A DNA stretch of 64,000 bases, taken from the NCBI RefSeq assembly GCF_037042905.1, contig NC_087251.1, forward strand, positions 41,356,001-41,420,000. Reading direction: 5' to 3'. Within the stretch, counting starts at the first letter, position 1. Each line of letters opens with the position of its first letter. Positions 11,501-22,345 of this stretch are shown here, one piece after another. The notes under the pieces were generated by a model. That model was not told the origin of the DNA. It saw nothing but the letters and a program-made list of their open reading frames with translations, and did not search any database. The stretch comes from Lytechinus pictus (taxonomy: Eukaryota). The position numbers were made by a program, and so were the translations under genes.

Positions 11501-13444
11501 CCAATATCAGAGTTTATACCTCACCTGAAAGAAGTTTGACTGAGTTATGATTGAGAGCACAAACTCTGTTGCTATACTTAGATGGTAGCTCGTTCAACTG
11601 GATAGGTTTCTTTCCCTGTTCTAATAACAGGATCCTATGGTCACCAAGGGATGATTCAAAACCTATTAAAATAAACAAAAAACATGAAAATAAATTATCA
11701 AATATTACCAAAAAAAAACAAAACAAAACTACCGTATGCCTCATTCTGGGTACAAACATTTTCCAAATTTGATACTCCAATCAGAATTCAGTGAAAACAC
11801 TATTATAAATTAATCTCTTAAAAAGAATTTATAATAAAATAATGAATCTTTAATTAGATTTGCAAATTATCAACAAAAAATTCTGTTTATTTTTTTGCTA
11901 GTAGATATCAATAGAGATATTTTCTATGAAACTAAAAAAAAATCTAAATTCATAGACCATAATGTGCAAAATTTGATCTTGATATAGATCTAGTCATGTT
12001 TATCCCAAGTTAAAACTTGAGAATAAATCACAACCCTTGCAAAAGGGGGGGACAATAAATATTGTTTAGCTGGTTCCTGGAATGACGAAAAAAATTATTC
12101 TGGGCAAAAACATTACCATGTAGGCCCGACATAGTTCCAAATAAAAGCCAATTTGACACTTTTTATTTGTAAATTTGAATGCACATAGGAAGTCCACCTG
12201 CTTGGATCCACACCAGCTCTAAAGTTTTGAGTAAAGGTATTAAGGTATTAAACACATTTTCTTAAATTCACCATCTATGAAAACAAATTTCCAAAATTAT
12301 ATTTGCTTCATTGCTTCAAGCTGATGTTTGTTGAATATTTGAATTGAATTTAATTGAATTGAACTGAATCAAATTGAATTGAATAACTTTATTGTCCATA
12401 AAGGAATTTTTCTTACACTGGTTTACACACATGTAGATCTAGATACAATGTACCGTATACACAGAACAAAACAAAAATGGTAATTTGACTTTTCCTTCAA
12501 TGAAATTCTAAGAATAGATGCAAAAAAAAAGATTTAAGTTATAAATCTTTTTTTTTAATATATTTTGTACAAAATTGATAAATTAATCATAATAACCCAT
12601 AAATACCCACCAACATAAAAAGAAAGAAAAAAACTTAATGGAATTAACTTTTAAACTTTATGAAGATTTACATGTAAGGTTTTGTCAATTTGCTATATCT
12701 CAATTATTTTCCTCTTTCAATCTCTGCATAAATAAAAACAAATTAAAATTTAATTTTAAAACTGATACAGTAGATCTATACCATGTGATACCATACACAA
12801 ATCATAAAGCGAATAATCAAAATGAGACATTGATAGGCATGTGTGTGTGTACGTGTGGTGGTGGCTCTGAATTATGTTGCACATTCATAATCATATTTTA
12901 TTGACTAGGCCTAGAGATTATGTTGAAGGAAACTGGATACAAATTACATTAATTGTAAATTGATGCTCACACTAATCCCTCCCAGTCTCCACACACATTT
13001 TAAAAATAACCTTTCATTACCCAAAGCACAAGCCATGGCTTGTCCTGCCATTCCACCTCCAACAATTACAACATCATACAGCTCATCTTCGGACGTTGTC
13101 TGCCAACTTCCAACAACAGGTCTCTTTTTCTTTGGTACAGAATCAACTTTGTTCATCGTCACCATCGTTGCACCCGTCTGTCGAGGGTTATGAACTCCAG
13201 GCCTTATCTCGTTGATGGTGGACAATCCTTTTCCATGATGGTTCCAGGAATTAAAACCTGATATGCATCCATAACATCTGGAACAAAAGACCAGCTTCTG
13301 GGATGAAACTGTTAAACTGCTTGAACAAGTTGCTGGCAGAGAAAAACTGTGTATCTGTTGACCGTGTTGTTGTTGATAAGCACTCCCCCTGGCCCTGGAT
13401 ATTTGTGCAAGAATATAAAGAAGAGGCCTGCGCATCCTGTACAT
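2523..13444 (-). CDS. COQ6: Ubiquinone biosynthesis monooxygenase COQ6 (FAD-dependent, UbiH/COQ6 family), 9 coding exons, 557 aa
   Basis: Exons (minus): 13021-13444, 11525-11662, 10235-10451, 9150-9357, 8249-8311, 7368-7475, 5764-5966, 4078-4193, 2523-2719. All GT-AG, phases consistent, total 1674 nt. Motifs: [12 protein letters not shown] (FAD binding), [72 protein letters not shown]. Confidence 0.96.
2781..3362. mobile_element. TTAA-flanked MITE (Kolobok/T2-like)
   Basis: ttaa-agggattgtttcactttg ... caaagtgaaatgatcact-ttaa; imperfect TIRs with TTAA on both sides. Confidence 0.7.
4232..4516 (-). mobile_element. tRNA-derived SINE in COQ6 intron 7
   Basis: Minus strand: A box TGGCCTAGTGG, B box GGTTCGAATCC, central CACTCAACCCAGGTG...AATGGGTACCCGGTAGGAAG core, (TTA)n tail. 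Head and core are shared with 29048..29297. Confidence 0.85.
4650..5580. repeat. 61-bp minisatellite, about 15 copies, in COQ6 intron 7
   Basis: Unit caagtgggtttagccatgatggtgttagataatctgtggattagaccatctactagtagac starts at 4650, 4711, 4772, 4833 and so on; the last copies are degenerate. Confidence 0.97.
6517..6847. mobile_element. Harbinger-like MITE (GGCC termini), copy 1
   Basis: TIRs ggcccatattctgaagttgggtttaa / ttaaacccgagttcagaatacaggcc. A second, inverted copy lies at 42495..42776. Confidence 0.8.
6928..7352. mobile_element. Foldback (full-length palindromic) MITE with GGCCCG termini
   Basis: ggcccgcattcacaatggtggttttggaaacccacggttga... pairs with ...tcaaccgtgggttttcaaaaccatctttgtgaattcgggcc along nearly its whole length. 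It ends 15 nt from the COQ6 exon 6 donor. Confidence 0.85.
8887..9199 (-). repeat. About 112-bp tandem triplication of the COQ6 exon 4 3' end and splice donor
   Basis: ctgaacattgc(a)aatcagttacctctgcaa...ccccattggtcatagtccca recurs at 8904, 9017 and 9129. Confidence 0.95.
9687..10196. mobile_element. TTAA/AGGGGAA MITE (Kolobok/T2-like), family A
   Basis: ttaa-aggggaagtttacc ... ggtgaacttcccct-ttaa with long imperfect TIRs. A degenerate homologue lies at about 15892..16393. Confidence 0.85.
10522..10800. mobile_element. Harbinger-like MITE (GGGCCCC termini)
   Basis: gggccccatcttacaaaaagttgcgat ... atcgtaactgtttgtatgacggggccc. Confidence 0.75.
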
Positions 13445-13834
13445 TTTGTCTCATGCACTATTGACAGTGTCAGATAAAATAATTGTTCGTTATTTTAATT
13501 CCAATCAGCTATTAAACTGGGAGTTGCTTGGAGGCATTGAAACTGAAAACGATCATTTTCCCGGATCCGAGCTCTGCTTTGCGCTGTGTCTGTCGAGCTA
13601 GGGATCATCTCCTGATCCAATATTTCGCTTGGTGTAAACAATATATAAATATCGAGATATATTGGTTCTGTCTATATTCCATTTAATCTTTGAGGAATAT
13701 CTTACCCAAAAATGTCATTGATTCACGATTTATATTTTTTTAGATGAATATTGAATCCTTATTGGATGAAGCAATTACTTTCATTATATTCCATATTTTG
13801 AGATGATCCCGCAACATCATGTGACTTGATCAAG
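13445..13834. promoter_or_regulatory. Putative bidirectional promoter shared by COQ6 and COMMD1
   Basis: The divergent start codons at 13444 (minus) and 13835 (plus) are separated by only 390 bp. Confidence 0.7.
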
Positions 13835-16782
13835 ATGGCAGATGACGAGGCCACCGCAACAAAACTTTTTGGACTCCTGAATGGCATTGCTAAGCGAGAT
13901 TATCTTGGGATAGGAGATATCACTGATGAATATATGAAAGAAGAACTATTTGCAGATATTTCTAATGAAGAATTCACGACTTTGGTCACCAAATGCAAAA
14001 GCTTGATCAAGGTTAGTAGCCCTCACTTTTTTTCTTTAGTTTAGTTCAGTCCTACGCATTAGAATAGATGTTGTAATATGCATGGTGTACCTATTTCGAA
14101 GTGCTCGGCGCGGCCTCGCCTCGCCCTCGGGCCAGATTTTCTTCGCCCCTCCTCTCCCTTCTCCCCAATGTATATTCTCTACCTCTTCATTTGGTATTAT
14201 TTATGAATGCAGTTTCCCACTGGCCAACTTTGAGCAAATTTCCACATCAGAAATTGTACACAAATGTCACATTTCGAGGTAAATAAAGTCAAATGCACAC
14301 CGGTTTTCCAAAAATATCACGATCGGAAACGGCTGTATACTAATAATTCGGCTTCGATCTCGAACTTCGAAGCCATTGTTTGAATCCTCAGTCAGACATT
14401 GCTTTGCTTGGCTTCACTGTACCGTAATTTTGATATGGATTGATGTTAGCAACCAAATTATGCAAACAAAATGCCGCAGGCGAATCTTTTGGTCGCTTAC
14501 TTTACGGCGAAGCCAATCGAAGCGTGCAATGTCTGACTAAGGTTGATTCAAGCGATGTCCTCAAGATCGAAGCCAAAATACAGCCGTTCCTGATCGCAAT
14601 ATTCATAAAAGTGGTGGGTATATTGACCTTGAAATGTGATCGAGCGACTTGCTATGACATTTGTGAACAATTTCTGGTGGGGAAATTGCTCGAAGTCGGC
14701 CGGTGCAAAACTGCAGGATTATTTTATTTATTTTAAAATTGCTCATTAAAATGTGAGCGTATCGTGAATAGATCATTGATATAAAATGTCATCACTATTT
14801 TATTATCATCATAGTATTATTTTTATTATGATTTTTTTGTAATGAGTACATGTATTATTATTATGATCATCATGAACCAGGTTTATATTCGTAAGAGAAA
14901 AGTGCTAGTTAATTCTCAAAATGAAATTCCTGATCAGGACATTAAATTAATATTCATCTTTGTTATTCTGAACAGAATGTTGTCTCAATTGACATGGATT
15001 TCAACCAGCTTGAGGCTTTCTTAACATCGCAAATGAAAAAGAAAGAAGGTGGGATATCTCAAGTACAGGCAACAGCTTTTACAAAGTTTTGGAGAAACAA
15101 CAGGTCGAAAATACATGAAAAAGTGGTTTCACAGGTAATAATGTATATTTATGTCTACATTTTTTCTCAAAAGATAAACTGGTTAATCAATTAATATTGT
15201 TCAGTGATATTTATTGAAAAAAATATTTTAAAATGTAATCATCAATTTCTCTTTTCTGTGATTTTTTTCTTATTTACTGCAAAGTATTTTTTTTGGTGGG
15301 GTAGCTAAATTCTACAGAACATTTTTATTGCAAGCATGTTTCAATAAAAAAAATGAGAATGGGTTGTTGCAAGTGCATGTATAAAAAAGAACATTTTCAT
15401 GTTTATTGAGTAGTTTTATCTTGTTGAAATCACTCAGTAATTATCAATTCATCATTTCATTAATGCAGTCAATATTTGGAAACACGCTAAAAGATGTCAG
15501 CTGGAGAATCGATATAAAGAGCCAAGCCAAACATATAGACCAAATTAATATGCCAACTGCGATTGTAGAACTCAAACTGGCAAATAATAGTCATATAGAT
15601 AAGGTAAAGTATATTGAGAATATATTTCTACTTTTATCATGGTATCTCAAGTAAAATTATAGGCAAAGTTCAACTTTCAATTCACACTTAATTCATCTGT
15701 CATGACTCAATAGATGTTGTGTATTTTCATTTTTGATTGCATTTGATTTTGTTTTTCAGATTAAACTCCTAGTAGACTCTTTTCGATGATTGATAATTTT
15801 CTTGCTCTTCAAGGTTTGCTGTATTTTATTCCTGTAACTTCATCCCAATCTTTAAAGGTTAATTTATTCTGAATAAAAGAGAGTAATTTATGAGGAAGTT
15901 CACCCTGACAAATAAAAAAACTTATAATTGTAAATAAAGCAGTAAAAATTATAACAAAATATTGGTGAAGGTTTGAGGAAAATCCGTCAAAGATTAGAAA
16001 AGTTATAAGAAGTTTAATTTTTTGATTTGTGACATCATATGTGAGCAGCTTCCCATGTATTGTGAATTAATAAAAAAACAATGAAATGTCATTTTCTCAT
16101 TAAATTGAAAATTGTATATAATTAACCTTAGTATATCAACAGACAAATCATTTCACACTCTCTCCTAGGAGAAAAAAAATTAGTCATCTTGGACCATTAA
16201 CAAAAATGTAAATTCATGCATTTTATATTACATAACATATGGGGCAGCTGCTTGAACATGACGTCACAAATCATAAACTTGAATTTCTAATAACTTAATC
16301 TTTGATGGATTTTCCTAAAATATTTAGATACCAATATTTTCATTATTTTTTCTGGTATTTTTACAACAAACTTTTTTGTTGCCTAAATTTCCTGAATAAC
16401 AGGTATACCGTAATAAAAAAACATTTATTACAAAGAAAAACTTGTTTATTATATTCAAATAACATCAGTACAAAGTAAAGCACAAAGTACAATCAAATTA
16501 AATCATAAAAACAGAACCTACTGGGAAAACTTGTTATATATGATTTGTGTAGGTTCCCAAGAACAAATACAATTCAAGAAATGAATATTATTCTGAACTA
16601 GGCCTTCCTTTCAAAATATATTTACACTATGCTGACAATGGTGGATAACATTTCCTCCTATTTTGTTCCCTGATCCATAGGATCCTGATCATCTTCGGTT
16701 TGAGATGGATGAAAATCAACTCAACCAAGTTATTGGAAATTTGGAGGAGATAGAGAAACAGATCATTGCTCACTGCCAATAG
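13835..16782 (+). CDS. COMMD1: COMM domain-containing protein 1 (copper metabolism MURR1), 4 exons, 190 aa
   Basis: Exons 13835-14011, 14976-15134, 15469-15603, 16681-16782; all phase 0, GT-AG. Protein MADDEATATKLFGLLNGIAKRDYLG...DMDFNQLEAFLTSQMKKKEGGIS...LKDVSWRIDIKSQAKHIDQINMPTAIVELKL...LRFEMDENQLNQVIGNLEEIEKQIIAHCQ*. DMDFNQLEAFLT and WR(I/V)D are COMMD1 hallmarks. Confidence 0.96.
14208..14716. mobile_element. Foldback MITE in COMMD1 intron 1
   Basis: tgcagtttcccactggccaactttgagcaaatttcc pairs with ggaaattgctcgaagtcggccggtgcaaaactgca; inner arms cgatcggaaacggctgtat / atacagccgttcctgatcg. Confidence 0.75.
15892..16393. mobile_element. Degenerate copy of TTAA MITE family A
   Basis: Shares aatattggtgaaggtttgaggaaaatcc and gatttgtgac..catat..gagcagct with 9687..10196; termini eroded. 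Confidence 0.7.
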
Positions 16783-17206
16783 ATTACAGTCTTGCCGAAA
16801 CTCATTAATTATGAAGAGAAAAAATATGTTACATGTATGTAAAAGTAATTTTATATCAAAAGTTATTTTATTCCTAAGTAATGATAACATAAACAGCATA
16901 ATGTACTTTGTACTAATACTTACTGTGGAACATACAGTAAGGTAATGCCTAACATAGATAATTTGACAAATTACCATAGAATCGTAGCTGAGAAAATGAA
17001 TCACACTCTCCAAGATTATTGCTATTTATTTTTAATGCATCAGTCCTTGATATATAAATAACGATTTTTTCTTTCTTGTTCCCATTATACAATGAGAAAT
17101 TATATCAAGACAGAGTTGCTGTGTACACTCTACATCAATGGCCACATTTCTCTTTTATTTCTTTTTTAAAATTCTTTTTAGTTGAGGAAAAGAAGGATGT
17201 GTTTGG

Positions 17207-17780
17207 TTAAAGGTCAAGTCCACCCCAGAAAATGTTGATTTCAATCAATAGAGAAAAATCAAACAAGCATAACGCTGACAATTTTATCAAAATCAGATGG
17301 AAAATAGGAAAGTTACAACAAGACAACGTTTCGCTTATTTTTTACAAATACTTAAATGCACAACTCACTGACATGCAAATTAGAGAGTTGATGATATCCC
17401 TCATTGACTATTGCTTTGGCTTTTTATTGTTTGGATTATACAATATTTCAATTTTTACAGATTTGACAATAAGGACCAACTTGCCTGAACCATAAAATGT
17501 TAAAACAATGGTAATACCACATGTTTAGGGATGAATAAAAAAATTCACAGGACAATGGAGAGAAAAAGATGAATATTTCATATAATAAAATACAAAAGAA
17601 ATTGTGAGTGAGTGAGTGGTTACCTCAGTCCCCTCATTGCATACCGACTAGGATGTGCATATAACTGGTTTGTGAAATTAAGCGATACTTAATGACATAA
17701 CTTTCTTATTTTACACCCGATAGATGAATTTTTCAGTGTTAATCCTTGTTGGATTTTTCTCTTTTAATTCAGATTGATTT
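17207..17780. mobile_element. TTAA/AGGTCAAGTCC MITE, family B, 3'-eroded
   Basis: ttaa-aggtcaagtccacccc start; colinear with 42914..43511. Confidence 0.8.
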
Positions 17781-19378
17781 TAGCTGTTAATGAATTACTC
17801 TAAGGCAACTAAAACATTTGATATGTAACCATGTAAGTGTCATTGATATTTAGATACATGTATTACTAATATTACCTGTTGGTAATCATGGATTTGGATG
17901 TTGTCTTAATCTTTTTTTCTCTTTTGGCATCATTCTTAAAACCAAGTCAACCCCCCCCCTAAAAAATAAATGAATATAATGTAATATTTAAAAAATGTTG
18001 ATCTGACTTTTTGAATCAAGAGGATCCAATAATCAAACATCCAGAACACCAAATATTTCATAAAACGTTTTTACTTTTATATTATGCTTAATTTCTCAAA
18101 ACAAAATATGCAATTAATGGGTTTTATGTAAATGGGAGAGTTGATAATGTCACACACTTACACTCCTTGCTTACACTCACACTTTCTTTTGTATTTTATG
18201 AAATTATTGAAGATGTCGAGAAGCTTGTGGATGAATTATCTGATAATTTACAATAATGGTGATTCCACATGTTCAAGCTAATGTGAAGTTTGTTGTAGGA
18301 GGGAATAACATAATGATATTTTAAAAAATAGTGATTGATATTACCGTACATTATTTGCAAATTATCCATGTTGTGCATATATATAACTGTTTCCAAAAAT
18401 ACTTATAAAAATCTTTTTATTCTTACATTTGATTTTTAATGAAATTAAATTTTTTCTTGAGTTTTTCAAATCATAATTGTTAGTATCAATTTGATCTTTA
18501 GAAATAAAGAGCAAGTTTTGTATGTTTTTCACACTGTAGGCCTATTCATTCCAAAAAAGGTGTACAAATTTTGAGATCACTTTTTTGTGTCTCAATTATT
18601 TTCATCTGTAAGGGTCTATATATTATGTAAGATATATTGTGTCAAACATTTTGTAACAGGGAGAACCAAGAAATCAGTGTCATAGAAGATATATTTTCTG
18701 TGCTCTATAAATTCTAGAATTAAGTAAGTTATAGTTATTATTTTTATCACTTTAAGATTTAAAAAGATATTTGAAGAGCTTATGTAATATGAGTTGTTGA
18801 TTTACAGTACCAATCTAAAATTAACATATGAGGCTATATTTGGAAATGGTATCATTTTTTCTCAAGTGGTTAGGTTTTTTTTGGGGGGTGGGGCTGTTTG
18901 CAATTTTTCATTATATTTCTTGCAAATATTTTTTTAATTGTTGAGATGGTGAGAGTTACAGTTAGTAAAAATAATCTATGGGAATTATTTAATAGCGCAA
19001 ATCTGAGCCATTTTGTTCGAAATTATCACCCAATACATATCAGTTGTCTTGACTTGGAATTGCTTTATGGCCTCAATATAACCTTTGTTTTTAACTGATA
19101 ATATTACTTTATACAAATTTTATTTATGAAACAGTGATAAAATAGTTTTTTGTGTTTTTTTTCCAGTTACATCATGATATGAAAACGTAATGTGATATTG
19201 CAGAAAATATATTGTTTTGTGTTTGTAAATACATTTCATACCTAAAGTATCATGGCTCTTATTAAAACAAATGGTTTCTAAATCAGAAATTGATAGTATA
19301 CTGATTTTGTGTAAAAAATGTTTTAAGGCACTTTTTCAAAAATGAAATATCAGCAATTAAACATACATGCAGTACACA

Positions 19379-19630
19379 GGCGGATCCAGGGGGGCACAGC
19401 CGGCACGTGCCCCCCCCCCCCCCCCTTTGAGAAGCAAAATTAAAATTTGTAATGTAAAAATGCCAATAAAACAGAGGTGTGCCCCCTCTTTTGAAATTTG
19501 AAATTGAAGACAACTTTTTTCAGGTACGAAATATCCTTAATTTGTGGTTGACTTTTTTTTTTTTGCTTGTCAAAATTTTCCTCCGAAAAATTTGCCCCCC
19601 CCCCCTTTGGAAAATCCTGGATCCGCCCCT
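19379..19630. mobile_element. Small GC-terminal MITE with poly-G/poly-C arms
   Basis: ggcggatccagg ... cctggatccgcc TIRs. Related fragments at about 21856, 47100-47332 and 52446. Confidence 0.75.
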
Positions 19631-20120
19631 AATGCAATATGATCTAATTTTAGTGATATGAATGGTAACATTGAAAGGAAAACAATAATATTAATGCAGA
19701 TATCCCCATATCAAGTTGGTTTAATAAAAAGCAAATCAAAGGAGGGAGAAAAACATCAATGAAGGTTGGCGAAAACTCATCAAAAAGTAACGATTATGGA
19801 TTTAAAAGTTTGTACTTTGTGATTTTCAAGTTCAATTCAATTTATTTCATCCATAAAATCATGAATTGTATAAACAAAGTAACATGTATCAATCAAGATG
19901 TAGTCTGATGGTGAAATTGGAGACTAAAATTAAGTAAAAAAAATTGTTGGACATAGTCCCCCAAAATAGAAAAAACACACACATGGTTGTACATGTTACA
20001 TTACAAGACAAATACACACACACACACCCTGACACACATACATAAGTACTTAAATAAGTAATAAGTTAAGTAATGAGTTAAGTGGAATAAGAAGAGACTA
20101 GCTGTCTCTTCAATGAAACC

Positions 20121-20693
20121 TCAAAGGGAAATGAAACCTTTTGAAAATGTGGACTTGTGTGGATACAGAAAAATCAAAGAATAAGAACAAAGAAAATTTG
20201 AGAAAAATCAGACAGATAATGAAAAAGTTATGAACTTTTGAATTTTGCGATCACTATTGCTATGGAGATCCTCGATCCCATGCAATGCGACAAAGATGTG
20301 TGATGTCACATGTGAACAACTTTCCCTTTGGTGGACTATAACATGCCCCCAAAATGTCTCTTTTTGCTCTTTCTTATGGTGATACAAACTCTTTAACCAT
20401 AATGTATTCTTTGAAAATTTGTATTACATGCTCTCCTATAGAAAGAATACAGGATCTATTGATAGATGTGATAAAAGAGGCAGTTTAAGTGAAATATATA
20501 CAAAAAGTACAGGGATAGTTGTTCAGAAGTGACATCACACATCTTTGTTGCATTAATTAGTATTCGCAATATTCAAATGCTCATAACTTTCTCATTATTT
20601 GTCTGTTTTCTTTCAAACTTTCGTTGATCTGTTTCTTTGATATTTCTATTTTCACACAAGCTATCTTGTTCCAAAGGTTTTATTTTCCTTTAA
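20121..20693. mobile_element. TTAA/AGG MITE, family C, copy 1
   Basis: aagggaaatgaaacctttt ... aaaggttttattttcct-ttaa; colinear with 24516..25104. Confidence 0.8.
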
Positions 20694-22160
20694 AAGATGA
20701 CATAGTAGTGCATGACATTAAATTGTTCCAAATACGGGGACCGATGGGTCTAAAAGAGTTGAGTAATAACTGAGATGAAACATATTTTGGTAATGGCATT
20801 TAATACATAAGTGAGTATTATGGGAATGGACAGATTCATTAAGAATAAACATGTTACAAATTATTTTAGGTTGATGATTATTTTTTACATTAAACATTGA
20901 TACACAACCTGACGGACTGTACTATCACGGATGATGATGATGAATTAGGAATGTATATATATCATGACCATGTAACTATAAAGCCCCTATGTAATACTGT
21001 GCTTTTTTCTTAGAAAGTTGCAAATTATTTTGCTTTAACATTATTTTGATATATCATCACACATATTTTTATTATTTGTATGAAAAAAGATACACATTCA
21101 GTCATTGTAACAAGTAGTGTACAGATGAGGGGTGCTTGCCCCCCACAAAAAAAAATCATGACCAAGAAATAGAAAGAGAGGAGGGTGAAATATATTATTT
21201 TCTGAATAGGTAAAAAGTTTTCTCTCTTGCTTTGCTCACTTGCAACATTTTGTCAATTTTGCTCGATATCCCACATCTGGTCCCCTAAAAATTTTGACTC
21301 ATTTCGCCATTGAATTGGCGACCACCCCTTATGGAACTGTTTTTTTTTTATTCCAAAGAATGTACTGCTTAACTCATAAATTGGTGGACTAGTTTGAAAC
21401 AAATAGTTTACAAACTCAAGTTCCTTAGCAATATATACGAAAATCAGCTTGAATTGAGGGAAATTTGGCAAACATGAAAGAAAAAAAGAAGAAGAAAAAC
21501 AGAACAATGAACTTGAAGTTTGAAAGAGATCAGACAGGGAAGAAGAAATTTATGGCTGCTGTTTGATGAAGTATACTCATAAAAGAAAAGGGAAAAAAGG
21601 CAAAAGGTGATTGTAAAACGTCGTATTTGATTTCATATAGGCCTATACCCGGATTGATAATTTACTTTTATTGTAAAGTTTTCATCTTTTCAAATACTGC
21701 ATGATGTTATATTCTTTTTTCTTTTATTTCTTACAAATACAGCTATTATAGGCCCTGATTAAATACATTTATGAAACAGGTCCTGCTGAATGGAAAAAAG
21801 TACTTTGTATGATTTTTATTATATTATTTTGCTTTTGAATAGTCCCTACAATCTGGGGCGGATCCAGGAAATGTGATCCAGGTGGCCCGGCCCCCCCCCC
21901 CCAAAAAAAAAGGTTTTCACCTAAAATTGAAGGTCATTTCGTCCACGAAAAATTAGACAAGCAAAAAAAGGTTCTCACTTACAAAGGGGGGCACACTTGG
22001 GTAAAAACGGCATTTGTAGGCCTACATTGTTAATTGTTATTATGGCTCTCGGGGGCTCTCAAAAGGGATGTGCCCCCAGGGGGGGGGGGGCAAACGGTAT
22101 TTACGATGCTGAGCATTGAGCCAGGGACGTGTCCATGGTTGAGCCGAGACATCGGCCCAT

Positions 22161-22236
22161 TGACCAATCACATTAAGGCCCTTCTATTTGTTTGACCAAT
22201 CACTGGCTTCCTTCGTTTCGAGCGTTCACTTTTGAA
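22161..22236 (+). promoter_or_regulatory. Two CCAAT (NF-Y) boxes 32 bp apart plus a CHR-like TTTGAA upstream of NUSAP1
   Basis: TGACCAATCAC twice (CCAAT at 22164 and 22196), TTTGAA at 22231-22236, and a second TTTGAA at 22339-22344 just before the ATG. Confidence 0.65.
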
Positions 22237-22345
22237 CGCCAGGCGCCGCCAGCCTGCCTGTGTTTACGAATTACGTTCACACGCAAATGAAGCCGCATGA
22301 TTTTGCAAGAACGAGTGGATATCAGCGCGAAATTTTGTTTTGAAA

